Positions 10,701 to 19,587 of a stretch of 64,000 nt of DNA are shown piece by piece (positions within the stretch are counted from its first letter, which is position 1; every line of letters begins with the position of its first letter). The DNA lies in the NCBI GenBank assembly GCA_016777225.1, contig JADHRW010000002.1, forward strand, positions 1,284 to 65,283, read 5' to 3'. This DNA comes from Candidatus Thalassarchaeum sp. (GTDB lineage Archaea; Thermoplasmatota; Poseidoniia; Poseidoniales; Thalassarchaeaceae). The notes beneath the pieces were generated by a model that made no database searches, had not been told where the DNA came from, and saw only the letters and a list, made by a program, of their open reading frames with translations. The position numbers and the translations under genes are program-made.

Positions 10701-10979
10701 ACTGTAAAGGTGAAGGTCGAAATCAGCACCAGAAGGAGAGTTTAATTGCACCACTATTCCAGTATTATTAGACATATTTACAGAGTAATAATCATCAACA
10801 TCCCCAGATGTACTTAAATTGCCATAATAACTTGCATTGGATGCTGGTATATTAGTTGCAGTCGATATAGAATCTCCAGCATCACCTCCTGTCCCTGCAT
10901 CGTTACCTAAAACAGGCATTGCGAGCATACTTAACATCAATATTGAAACTAAAATTGAGGTTCTCTTTTTACTAATCAT
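7725..10979 (-). CDS. Paralogous membrane-anchored surface protein: PPC-like domains, TSP3 repeat array, TM helix and a proline-rich cytoplasmic tail
   Basis: 1084-aa ORF with signal peptide (ILVSILMLSMLAMPVLG). Domain-initial motifs NDAGTGGDAGDS, YDAGTGNDAGDT and QDDAGTGGDASND. About 7 TSP3/Cys-pair super-repeats. TM VPTFLILFVIIAMIGGSVVVYTV. The tail carries 3x (SVPEAPPMPEKPPMPES) and IPPPPPGFES. Confidence 0.85.
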   Translation of the reverse strand: MISKKRTSILVSILMLSMLAMPVLGNDAGTGGDAGDSISTATNIPASNASYYGNLSTSGDVDDYYSVNMSNNTGIVVQLNSPSGADFDLHLYSSSGGSIDTSFTTGTDEVTSNGTNVGGTTVYIRIEQWTGSGQYTLQVWIFSTGGGGGGSTGNGTNGYDAGTGNDAGDTMASAMVLNATNMSFWGEVTYSTDVSDYYKISMPANFGVSASLSWNSTADLDLEVYDDSGTIITYSWFNNPENISVNNYGGSDLFFKALAYGTLGSGSHDYNLSFNFVDMTNAPVNNQDDAGTGGDASNDYLNPTNLLINAVSVNNSFNGWGSLNDDLNDNYQANVPMGYGVAVSVWFNATNVDFQVILGDDQTNTIDYSSVNNPEYVTSNGSGTYPGMIVEGMDVLVQVRATSGEGDYGMSWWFFTLDSDGDGFYDMTEEDCGSDPEDNNSVPVDTDSDGLCDSLDMDDDGDNVEDANDTFPLDSSEWEDTDNDNIGNNADSDDDGDGFTDSEELECGSDPLLGNSIPADFDSDLTCDAIDDDDDNDGYADTEDIFPMNDEEWYDSDLDGIGNNADTDDDGDGYSDNIETSCDSDPLSAFSIPSDLDGDGSCDLMDGDMDGDNYPNAIDAFPADMSEWFDTDNDGIGNNLDGDDDGDSISDAYDAFPLDSTEWVDNDNDGLGDNSDTDDDNDGWSDLDEESCNTDSMSSLQIPVDYDADGVCDLVDDDDDNDGVPDISDMFPNDNAEWDDTDFDGIGDNFDDDDDGDNWLDIYEPNCGTDPLDGSSIPLDFDQDWLCDLVDNDDDNDLVPDIDDAFPMDPTEQMDTDSDGKGDNTDSDDDGDGWADTVEALCQTSSVSSNSIPSDLDGDGTCDLLDADKDGDNILNQVDKFPEDPLEWEDRNGDGKGDNAYPLSITDKMALNPVPTFLILFVIIAMIGGSVVVYTVKKRTPESALSYQRGTDMTDYTEQDMVFDEDNSVPDAPPMPEKPPMPESSVPEAPPMPEKPPLPESSVPEAPPMPEIQSGARIPPPPPGFESVSTTVNVPEIVSTWEDLPPGGDYTNTDPLQYTGQGIGVWEEREDESWIKLTNNQSNK
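7947..8079 (-). repeat. 51-bp tandem repeat, about 2.6 copies, in-frame (17-aa Pro-rich unit)
   Basis: Units 7947-7997 and 7998-8048, plus a partial unit at 8049-8079, differ at only a few positions. They encode SVPEAPPMPEKPP[ML]PES in the cytoplasmic tail. Confidence 0.85.
8275..9731 (-). repeat. Coding super-repeat array (TSP3 plus Cys-pair module), about 75 aa period
   Basis: Runs from FTLDSDGDGFYD... to ...EWEDRNGDGKGDN. The first CGSDP-to-CGSDP distance, counted by hand, is 75 aa. Confidence 0.8.
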
Positions 10980-11028
10980 ACATCACGGAAGGGATACGAT
11001 GATTTTAAGTCTCTCTGAGAGAGAGATT

Positions 11029-11877
11029 TTAGTATTTATAGAATCCTTCACCTGATTTTCTACCCAACTTACCATCTTCTACCATTTTTACAAGTAATTT
11101 AGAAGGAGCATACTTATCATCTCCAAATCCATCATGAAGTACATTCATTATATGCAAAACGGTATCGTTTCCAATCAAATCTGATAGAGCTAATGGTCCT
11201 ATAGGATGATTCATCCCAAGTTTCATTATTCCATCAATTGCATCTGGTTCTGCAACACCTTCTTCCAATGTTAGAATCGCCTCATTAATCATAGGACATA
11301 GAATCCTATTAGATACAAAACCGGGAGAATCATTACAAGATAGAGCGGTTTTACCCATTTTCTCCGCTGCATTAACTACAGCAGAATTAACTTCATTAGA
11401 TGTTTTACTACCATTAATTATCTCTACAAGCCTCATGATAGGAACTGGATTCATGAAATGCATACCAATCACTCTATCTGGTCTTTTAGTAGCATTAGCA
11501 ATAGAATCTATACTGATACTTGAGGTATTAGTAGCAAGTATGGTTTCAGTTTTACACAAAGAGTCTAATTCTTTGAATAAAGCAGTTTTATATGCTAAAA
11601 CTTCAGGAATAGCTTCTACTACAAGGTCTGCTTCAGCAGCAGAAGAATTGTCAGTAGAAATACTGATTCTCGAAAGTGCAGATGCTGCTGCTTCACTAGT
11701 CATTTTTTCTTTACTAACCAACTTATTTAGAGATTTTTCTATAGCCGACATACCTTTTTCAACAAATTCTTGTTTTATATCAATCATTGTGACTTTGTAA
11801 CCCGCACAAGACGAGACTTGAGCAATACCGTTACCCATTTGTCCAGCGCCAATAATTGCAATATGCTCGATTGTCAT
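11029..11877 (-). CDS. hbd: 3-hydroxybutyryl/3-hydroxyacyl-CoA dehydrogenase
   Basis: N-terminal Rossmann motif IAIIGAGQMGNGIAQ. Family blocks ATNTSS, GMHFMNPVP, DSPGFVSNR and the C-terminal GRKSGEGFY. Confidence 0.9.
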   Translation of the reverse strand: MTIEHIAIIGAGQMGNGIAQVSSCAGYKVTMIDIKQEFVEKGMSAIEKSLNKLVSKEKMTSEAAASALSRISISTDNSSAAEADLVVEAIPEVLAYKTALFKELDSLCKTETILATNTSSISIDSIANATKRPDRVIGMHFMNPVPIMRLVEIINGSKTSNEVNSAVVNAAEKMGKTALSCNDSPGFVSNRILCPMINEAILTLEEGVAEPDAIDGIMKLGMNHPIGPLALSDLIGNDTVLHIMNVLHDGFGDDKYAPSKLLVKMVEDGKLGRKSGEGFYKY

Positions 11878-11915
11878 ATTACACTCGAGACACCAATAAG
11901 AAATTAGTCTTCTGC

Positions 11916-14900
11916 TTAGTCAAGGTCAATCATATCATCATCATTATTGTCAGAAATTGAATAAATCGTATGATTTGCTTCTTTCCAAGTGGCTAATTCT
12001 TCAGCCTCTGTAATATCTTGATTAACTGTATTCCAATCAATCTCATTATCATTGGAGGGAGACATATTCAATAATTCATTGATTTCTTCAAAAGATTCCT
12101 CAAGAGATTCTAGACTCTGATTTTTTTTCTTTCTTTGTCGTAAAGACCCTCTCAGTATAATAGTAGTACTGATTAAAGCTAGGATTCCAAGGAAACCCGC
12201 TAAGAAATACCAGAGCATAGGACCTTGGTTCTGTGCATCATCAATAGCCCAGTCAATCCAATCTAGGTTAGTGACCTGAATTGAATAACTATTCCTATTA
12301 TTCACTGCATCGGTAGAAATTCCTTGGATTAAGTGGCTGCCTATTGTATCTTGCACAGATATTTGAATATTAAAAGTGCCAGAACTATTACAAAAGAATT
12401 CTTGAGTCGCGATCACGCTCCAAATCATCACATAGGTGCCAGATTCGCATTCACCTTCTATGATTTTCATAGGATCTAATGTCGAGTTTCGAATATTAAT
12501 TTGGTTGAATAAAAGGATAGGAGCTATAGTATCTCGTGTAATTTGAAGTTCAAAGACATCAGTCTTGTCCAATGCTTCGATTTCAATAATATATTCATTG
12601 AGACCTTCTTCTAAATCAAATACTAATTGAACATGAGTAGATCCAGGTGCAATAAGGAATCTCTCATCAACACCTATTAATTGCCACCAAATATTCTGAT
12701 TCGGCCCTCTAGTTAGTAATGACATAACGTTGTCATCTGTTGTCATACTTCCATTCCAAGGGGCTAATACATCTGTCTGATATACAGACTCATTAAGAAT
12801 GTAAATCCTACAATCATTAAAGATATTTTCGTTGTACTGGCCTTCAGTTGAATCATAAGCCACTATACAAAACTCATGACTTCCAGTAACTTCTAAATCA
12901 AAATTAGAAGTACCTGTATCATCGTTCCACTCATTTATTTGTAAACCGTTATGAGTGAAATAAGCATGTACTAATTCATTAGAAGACCAAGTCATAGTTT
13001 GACGATGATCTAGTAATTCTAAACCTAGAGATGGAGAAAGACTCCAATCAATAATAGGTATTGTACGATCTAGATTCAAATTCCATTGCTCTGTGACAGA
13101 ATTGCCAGCCCAATCAATTAAATCTAATGTAACTACAAAATTACCATCAGAGATATTTGATAGATTAACTTGGACTTCAGTAGTTTTCGTCTTATCAATA
13201 ACCGCTTCTTCTGTAACAAAAATACTCGGCATATCAATTACAGAATCACAAATTTCTAGACTTTCTGAAGGATTAGATACCTTCAGACACCAATCTTTGA
13301 CATCTACGGACATGTTTAGACCAAATATTGAATTTGTGATATTTAGCGTGTTATACATGTCATTAACGGAATTCCTATGACTATTTTGATCATCTATGTA
13401 AAATGATTCTAATTCAGGAACTTCAGTATCAAAAATTACCATATGACTACTTGAGATACTATTGCCCGCCGAATCGATTGAAGTAATCGTGAATTCATTT
13501 TCTGCAGATATCAGATAATATTCATTTACACCTCCATCAGAAGAATAATCGACACCGATTTCACTAGGAATTAAGCCTACTGTCCAATTAGCAAATCCAT
13601 AATTATCGAAATTAGAAATTAGAGTACCATCTTGGAATACACTGACACCAGGTTCAGTCTGAATTACCAAATTAATATATGGATTATTCGTAATCTCAGG
13701 GATTCCATAGAGGAATAATGGGGGGGCAGTGGTATCATAATTTACAGATAACCATGTTTCATTAAATAACCCTGACTTATCAGTTATATTGACGCCATAA
13801 TCATGCCACTGCTCTACAGAGGGGATTGTTGAATTAATCCATACTTCCCTGAACGAAATATTCTCTGGCATTGCAAAATGATTACCAGAATTCCAAATAT
13901 CCGTCAAATTATGATACATTAATGTGGTATCTAATGCTTCAACTAAATCAGCATTGGGAATTGTAGTTTGATTATTAATCGCATACCAATTTAGGTCATC
14001 TAAAGTGAATCCAATACCCGTATCTAGAGCATGAATCTCAATTGCTAATGTATCATTAGTTTGAGTCATGTTTTCGGGAGTAGAAAATTCAATAATAGGC
14101 TCTATTTCTAGCAACTCATAAGTATATGGAAGTTGTAATTTAATACCGCCAATTAGAGTAATTTCCACTTCACCTTTCCAAATACCAGCAACTTCGGGCC
14201 TATCAAATGCTAAGTTGATTTGATGCGCGCTAGAAGGAACTTCTCCGGCTAATGTTTGGGAACCGTTAGGCCAAATTGAATCGATCTCAATACTAGTTAG
14301 TTCAATCTGTTCAGTAATTACTAATTCATCCCCGCCAACCATATCAATATCTATCCAAAATTGAACATCTCCAGAAACTGAGTAACCGTGCACTGCGGCT
14401 GCATATTGACCATTTTCAACATCGCTTAGTTGGATACTCTCTGAAGAGCTACCCGACCATGAACGTGATACCTCTTCACCAGATGTAAATATACCATCAT
14501 CGTTATCGTCATAGAATAAGAATAGATCTAAATCAGCGGAATCATATGCATCCATAGTAATACTCAATTCAGAGACTTCATCAACCGTAAAATTATGCCA
14601 CCAAGAGGAGGTCATTTTATCGCTGGAAACGTCTTGATATGCCGTTTCATTATCGAAATAAATTGGCTGCGTCCACCCATAAGCAGATACCGATTCTACG
14701 TCCATTGGCACTGTAGATACCACATGAACTGCATCAACACCGTCACCCTCTGACCAATCACTAACTGATTGAGAAAAACCTTCAGCTTCTGCTGCAACAT
14801 ACCCTACAGAGATATTCAATGCATTATCATTTGTTGATACTCCATGAAGCGCTGTATGGAGAACCATTTGATGAGTTCCGGCTAATGCAGGTACAGTGAA

Positions 14901-17900
14901 TACCTCCCTAGAAGTATCTGTATAGGTCCCCCAGTTATGTTTACCACTACCTGCATGATTATTCACAGAGCGTGAAGTAATACTGAATGTAGATTCACCA
15001 TATGAATCTGGATCATCCGATGAATAACCATGAGGTGTTTCATCTAACCACAATATGTCAATATCAGTATATGGATTATCATCCCAATTAACGTCAAGAA
15101 TTACGGTACCACCAGTGTCCCATTCCTGGGGCCAATCAACAGTTAAAAAGCGCCAATCTCCACTCTCTGCACGCCAATTCCATCTGGTGGCACCACTAAT
15201 CCATTCTTCATCATAAAGAGTTTGATTTGACACATTGCCATCCAATGGTTTTGGAGTTATCTCAAAAGGTCCAGACCAAGGCACATTTGTAACCACAGGT
15301 AATGTCCAATTACGGTGAGATATAGTAGATGAAGTTAAATTATTATATTCGAATGATTCTATTAAAACACCATGCTGATGCAGACCAGATTCTGCATTAA
15401 TTGGTACTTGAATATCCATGGTTACAGTATTGCTACTATTGGCATGCACTACAGAGCTAGAAGGAAGAGAAAGCCATTCATCATCACCACTACCGAATGC
15501 TGTCCAATCAACCTCTATTCGTACAGGGTCATCGGATAAATCTCCATTATGATTCCATACACCAAGGAAAATACCATCCCTAGCATCTTCAAATGGATTA
15601 CCAACTCTAACTTCTGCATTAGGCCCATTTGACCACCAGTATGTGACTTCTTCTAACTCGCTTGATTCAGTCCAATCTTCAGAATCAACCATTGAATCAT
15701 TATCGAAATCCTCGACATAAATTCCATCTCCATCATTATCACTCCATCTGTAAATTTGTAAAAATACTCTTTCCTCACTATTTTTATCCATATTAGCATC
15801 AAAAGCCGAATATTCTATAGTTGCTCTAGCCCGTAGTTGCCTAGTTTCTTCGGGAAGTTGGATTGTCGATGAATTTGTTATGTGAAGAGGGATCAGTAAA
15901 TCAGGTCTATCTCCTTGATGCCCATCCCAACTATCGTTTGCACCCGATTCACTGCCATTTCCTGTACTATTCCACACTAAAACCTCATGAAGAACAGGAT
16001 CAAATGCAGTCGAAGTATATCTTAATAGAATATCTGAATCACCATGATTAGTGAACTCTAAATCAACTGATTGCGTTTCACCGGGGAACATATAATTGAT
16101 ATTAGCATCCCTATGTTTCCCTTGGAAAGTCCCACTATTCCATTGTGCAGGACTCAACCACCAACTACCATTATCACCTTCTAATGTAGAGATAGCACGC
16201 GAAGCATTGAACCATCCACCCCCTTGAATAAATGGTTCATATCCCCTATCATCAGAGGTAGATAAAACAAAATCTCTAAGTGTTTGAGAGTCAGGATATT
16301 CCCCTTGATTTTCTTGCCACGCTTCAGCAACTAAAGCCAGTAAACCTGCAGCAACAGGTGTTGCTAAACTAGTTCCTCCCCATGATGACCATGCAGAATT
16401 AGCATTATCTCTAAGATTTAATGGTTGATCGCCGGTAGCAGACCATCCTACTGCCACTATGTCAGGGTCCATCCTACCTACAACATTCGGACCTCTGTTA
16501 GACCAAGGGGCGCTTTGTCCCCATGAATCGCTAGAACGTGAACTAAAAGCACCTACAGAGAAAATCCCATGGGCTGCTCCAGGGACTTTAGTAGTACCAA
16601 ATCCGTGTCCACCGTTACCTATTGCTACTGAATACGAGGCCTCGTCATTGTACACTCTAGTCAACCAATCAAGATATAATGAATATCCGTCGGCTCCTGA
16701 TTCATCAATACTCGAATAACCAAATGAAAACGACCCTATATCTGCTTGATCATATTTTGTATCTGACTTACCGTCATTACCCTCAGCAATCCATCGCCAA
16801 GCATCAAGTGAATTACCACCTGAATAATGATTACCAATTGATGCAATAGTTGCATTGGGTGCCATCCCTAGCACGCGCCCATCGTCTACTACTCCTTGGG
16901 CGGCAATAGCACTAGCACACAATGTCCCATGATTACCTGAATCTAGCATGAATAAAGTCAAATTACCCGGTCCTGCAATACGATTTTGATAACCATGCCT
17001 GATAGAATATGTTTCACCATAAGGAACACCATGTATCCCATCGGATATCCAATAAACTAATCCTCCGGATACATCCCATAAACCGTCTCCATCAGTATCT
17101 AAGCCAGTCGTTTCAGAACCGGGTATAATGGCTTTTTCATCACTAAAATCACCATCAACATCCATATCAACATAAGCTGTTTGATAGACTTCAGATATGT
17201 TTTCATCAATGATGATAATCGGGACATCGGTACCTACTTTTGAACGGAGAGTTGAATCAGGATGTTCGCCTAAATGATATATTCCAGATAAAGAGACTGG
17301 GAGACCAGATATATTGTAACCAGAAATATCGAGTAAACCATCTGAATTATTATCATAATCTAAAGTTGAAGTATCGGCATACCAAGTGTTTGACTGCGGA
17401 TATGATTGACCATTTACTAGATATGAATACATACTATTATGATCAAACATCATTGGCCATCCGGACCAATCAGAACGAATATCATCTACTCGTGCTTGTG
17501 TACCATCTAAATCAGGATGAGCAAAATCCACACCAGTATCTGCAACTGCTACAATCATACCTTCACCAGTATAACCTCTATCCCATGCATCATTGGCTCC
17601 ATGTATTTCTCCAGATCTAACAGTTTCAGGTTCAGAATCAGGTTTTTCGAAAGGAATGGTGTCATATGGTTCTGGATTATTCTGTGCATCTAGTATTGAT
17701 ATTACGCCAGGAACACTGGGTAACTTGTGAAATATCTCAGATGGCATCCAAAAAGTCCTATGGTCTATTTCACCAGATGTAGGATCGAAACTTTGGAAAG
17801 TTTCACTATTTTTTGCACCAGCTTGTTGGTCAAATGCATTATTTTGTAATTGCCAATGATTAAGTTCGGCAAGAGACCAAGTAATAACAGTAACACGAAT

Positions 17901-18113
17901 CTTGTCATCTCCATTATTTATTCTAGAGAAAAGAGAGTCTTCGACCCAGGGATCCCCCGGAGAAGGAAATGAAGGTACTTTCTCATCTGATAAAACAGTA
18001 AATATCGTTTCTTCACTAATATCATAATTCGAATTAGGTTCAGAAACTAACATTAGAGATAAAGACGAAGTCATCATCAGAAGTGCTATAACTACAGCAC
18101 GGCTCTGATACAT
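11916..18113 (-). CDS. Giant subtilisin-family (S8) serine protease, secreted, with a C-terminal TM anchor and cytoplasmic tail
   Basis: 2065-aa ORF with signal anchor (VVIALLMMTSSLSLMLV). Catalytic blocks VAVADTGVDFAHPDL (Asp), GNHGTLCASAIAAQG (His) and WGGTSLATPVAAGLLALV (Ser). Near the C-terminus is TM MLWYFLAGFLGILALISTTIIL followed by RGSLRQRKKK. Confidence 0.9.
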   Translation of the reverse strand: MYQSRAVVIALLMMTSSLSLMLVSEPNSNYDISEETIFTVLSDEKVPSFPSPGDPWVEDSLFSRINNGDDKIRVTVITWSLAELNHWQLQNNAFDQQAGAKNSETFQSFDPTSGEIDHRTFWMPSEIFHKLPSVPGVISILDAQNNPEPYDTIPFEKPDSEPETVRSGEIHGANDAWDRGYTGEGMIVAVADTGVDFAHPDLDGTQARVDDIRSDWSGWPMMFDHNSMYSYLVNGQSYPQSNTWYADTSTLDYDNNSDGLLDISGYNISGLPVSLSGIYHLGEHPDSTLRSKVGTDVPIIIIDENISEVYQTAYVDMDVDGDFSDEKAIIPGSETTGLDTDGDGLWDVSGGLVYWISDGIHGVPYGETYSIRHGYQNRIAGPGNLTLFMLDSGNHGTLCASAIAAQGVVDDGRVLGMAPNATIASIGNHYSGGNSLDAWRWIAEGNDGKSDTKYDQADIGSFSFGYSSIDESGADGYSLYLDWLTRVYNDEASYSVAIGNGGHGFGTTKVPGAAHGIFSVGAFSSRSSDSWGQSAPWSNRGPNVVGRMDPDIVAVGWSATGDQPLNLRDNANSAWSSWGGTSLATPVAAGLLALVAEAWQENQGEYPDSQTLRDFVLSTSDDRGYEPFIQGGGWFNASRAISTLEGDNGSWWLSPAQWNSGTFQGKHRDANINYMFPGETQSVDLEFTNHGDSDILLRYTSTAFDPVLHEVLVWNSTGNGSESGANDSWDGHQGDRPDLLIPLHITNSSTIQLPEETRQLRARATIEYSAFDANMDKNSEERVFLQIYRWSDNDGDGIYVEDFDNDSMVDSEDWTESSELEEVTYWWSNGPNAEVRVGNPFEDARDGIFLGVWNHNGDLSDDPVRIEVDWTAFGSGDDEWLSLPSSSVVHANSSNTVTMDIQVPINAESGLHQHGVLIESFEYNNLTSSTISHRNWTLPVVTNVPWSGPFEITPKPLDGNVSNQTLYDEEWISGATRWNWRAESGDWRFLTVDWPQEWDTGGTVILDVNWDDNPYTDIDILWLDETPHGYSSDDPDSYGESTFSITSRSVNNHAGSGKHNWGTYTDTSREVFTVPALAGTHQMVLHTALHGVSTNDNALNISVGYVAAEAEGFSQSVSDWSEGDGVDAVHVVSTVPMDVESVSAYGWTQPIYFDNETAYQDVSSDKMTSSWWHNFTVDEVSELSITMDAYDSADLDLFLFYDDNDDGIFTSGEEVSRSWSGSSSESIQLSDVENGQYAAAVHGYSVSGDVQFWIDIDMVGGDELVITEQIELTSIEIDSIWPNGSQTLAGEVPSSAHQINLAFDRPEVAGIWKGEVEITLIGGIKLQLPYTYELLEIEPIIEFSTPENMTQTNDTLAIEIHALDTGIGFTLDDLNWYAINNQTTIPNADLVEALDTTLMYHNLTDIWNSGNHFAMPENISFREVWINSTIPSVEQWHDYGVNITDKSGLFNETWLSVNYDTTAPPLFLYGIPEITNNPYINLVIQTEPGVSVFQDGTLISNFDNYGFANWTVGLIPSEIGVDYSSDGGVNEYYLISAENEFTITSIDSAGNSISSSHMVIFDTEVPELESFYIDDQNSHRNSVNDMYNTLNITNSIFGLNMSVDVKDWCLKVSNPSESLEICDSVIDMPSIFVTEEAVIDKTKTTEVQVNLSNISDGNFVVTLDLIDWAGNSVTEQWNLNLDRTIPIIDWSLSPSLGLELLDHRQTMTWSSNELVHAYFTHNGLQINEWNDDTGTSNFDLEVTGSHEFCIVAYDSTEGQYNENIFNDCRIYILNESVYQTDVLAPWNGSMTTDDNVMSLLTRGPNQNIWWQLIGVDERFLIAPGSTHVQLVFDLEEGLNEYIIEIEALDKTDVFELQITRDTIAPILLFNQINIRNSTLDPMKIIEGECESGTYVMIWSVIATQEFFCNSSGTFNIQISVQDTIGSHLIQGISTDAVNNRNSYSIQVTNLDWIDWAIDDAQNQGPMLWYFLAGFLGILALISTTIILRGSLRQRKKKNQSLESLEESFEEINELLNMSPSNDNEIDWNTVNQDITEAEELATWKEANHTIYSISDNNDDDMIDLD

Positions 18114-18200
18114 ACTCCTTGCGAAATTACTGCTGACTTGTATTTACCGGCCACGTGTTCCGTCATAATCAAAGAGTAAGAGTTGTTCGAAGAGCCCACT

Positions 18201-18276
18201 AGTCCCGTAGTGTAGTGGTCCATCATGGAGGATTTTGGTTCCTCCGACCCTGGTTCGAATCCGGGCGGGACTACCA
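18201..18276 (+). tRNA. tRNA-Gln(UUG), CCA encoded
   Basis: Hand-folded cloverleaf. Acceptor AGTCCCG/CGGGACT, anticodon arm GAGGA-TTTTGGT-TCCTC, T arm CCTGG-TTCGAAT-CCGGG, discriminator A then CCA. Confidence 0.9.
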
Positions 18277-18285
18277 AAAAAACAA

Positions 18286-19533
18286 TTATTCTTCGATTTT
18301 TTCGGGCATTTTAGCTAAATCGCGAGTAATATTTTTTTGATGGCTTTCTAATGTCCCTCCACCTATTTCAAGAAGTTTCGAATCTCTCCAAAGTCTTTCA
18401 ACAACATATTCTCCAACGTAACCATATCCGCCCATTACCTGAATCGCTCTATCGGCGATATTTTTAGCAGCGGTAGTGGAATATAACTTGACACCATCTG
18501 TATCTAATCGATTACCAGATTTAGATAAATCAGTATTACGTGCTGTATCATAAATATACGAACGCATGGCTCTATATTCTGCCCAAGATTCACCTATATG
18601 GCGCTGGATTTGTCCGAAATCTCTAATTTCAGAACCAAATGCTTCTCTCTCAGATGCATAACGATTCATTGCTGATAGGCTACGACGTGCAATTCCTAAT
18701 GCCATTGCTGCAAGACCAATTCTCTCGATTTCTAAATTCCTCATCATATGAATCATAGATTCCCCTGGGCCTCCGACAACATTTCCAGCAGGAACTATAC
18801 AATTATCAAAGACTAATTCAGCTGTATTAGAGGCTCTCATCCCAGTTTTATCATATATTTTCTGACCAACTGAAAACCCTGGCATTCCTTTTTCAACAAG
18901 AAATGTTGTAATTTCCGCACGTCCTTTTGAGTCAGTACCTGTTCTTGCATATAGCCAGCAAATATCTGCAGGAGTACTATGCTCATCTACTGACCCATTA
19001 GTAATCCACATTTTTCTTCCATTAATTACCCAATTACCATCTGAGTCTTTTACAGCAACTGTCTGCATTCCCAATACATCTGTACCATAGCCGGGCTCAC
19101 TCATTGCCATACAACCAATCCACTCTCCACTGCAAACCTTTGGTAAAATTCGAGATTTTTGTGCCTCACTACCATTATGCGCTAGATTATTTACCATTAA
19201 TTGAGCATGAGCTAAGTATGCTAAACAAAAACCGGGGTCTGAGTAAGATAACTCCTCATTTACAATAGCCACAGCAGTAGCATCCATTCCAGAACCACCA
19301 TATTCCTCTGACACGCTAATGCCCAGAAGACCGTAATCACCTAATTTACGGAATAAATCTTGATTAAATTTCTCATTCTTGTCATATTCTAGTGCTTGAG
19401 GCTCAACCTCTTCCAATACAAAATCACGAATCATCTTCCTTAGCATCGTGTGTTCTTCAGTAGGGTTCGCTAAATCTATGCTCTGCCAGTCACTGTCCAT
19501 AGACCTACGACGAATGTTTGCCGTATATGGCAT
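18286..19533 (-). CDS. Acyl-CoA dehydrogenase, isovaleryl-CoA dehydrogenase-like
   Basis: Blocks match the IVD pattern recalled from memory: YGGSGMD, AQKSRILPKVCSGEWIGCMAMSEPGYGTDV, INGRKMWITNG, and the C-terminal LLEIGGGT (Gly where MCAD has its catalytic Glu, as in IVD). The longest ORF starts with GTG at 19584. ATG at 19533 or 19500 is the more likely start. Confidence 0.85.
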   Translation of the reverse strand: MPYTANIRRRSMDSDWQSIDLANPTEEHTMLRKMIRDFVLEEVEPQALEYDKNEKFNQDLFRKLGDYGLLGISVSEEYGGSGMDATAVAIVNEELSYSDPGFCLAYLAHAQLMVNNLAHNGSEAQKSRILPKVCSGEWIGCMAMSEPGYGTDVLGMQTVAVKDSDGNWVINGRKMWITNGSVDEHSTPADICWLYARTGTDSKGRAEITTFLVEKGMPGFSVGQKIYDKTGMRASNTAELVFDNCIVPAGNVVGGPGESMIHMMRNLEIERIGLAAMALGIARRSLSAMNRYASEREAFGSEIRDFGQIQRHIGESWAEYRAMRSYIYDTARNTDLSKSGNRLDTDGVKLYSTTAAKNIADRAIQVMGGYGYVGEYVVERLWRDSKLLEIGGGTLESHQKNITRDLAKMPEKIEE

Positions 19534-19587
19534 TCGATGCGTGAGTTGTACAATTTTAGTCTCAGTCGTAATTAATATACACACAAA

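Noticed and set aside
11010-11026. Palindrome TCTCTCTGAGAGAGAGA between the hbd stop and the 1084-aa gene start.
   Set aside because: The loop would be only 1-3 nt and there is no adjacent T-run, so it is too weak to call a terminator or operator. A TTAAAAT element after it may be the downstream promoter, but that is not supported further.
18092-18277. 61-aa minus-strand ORF.
   Set aside because: It overlaps tRNA-Gln(UUG) on the opposite strand. The translated peptide includes the reverse complement of the tRNA.
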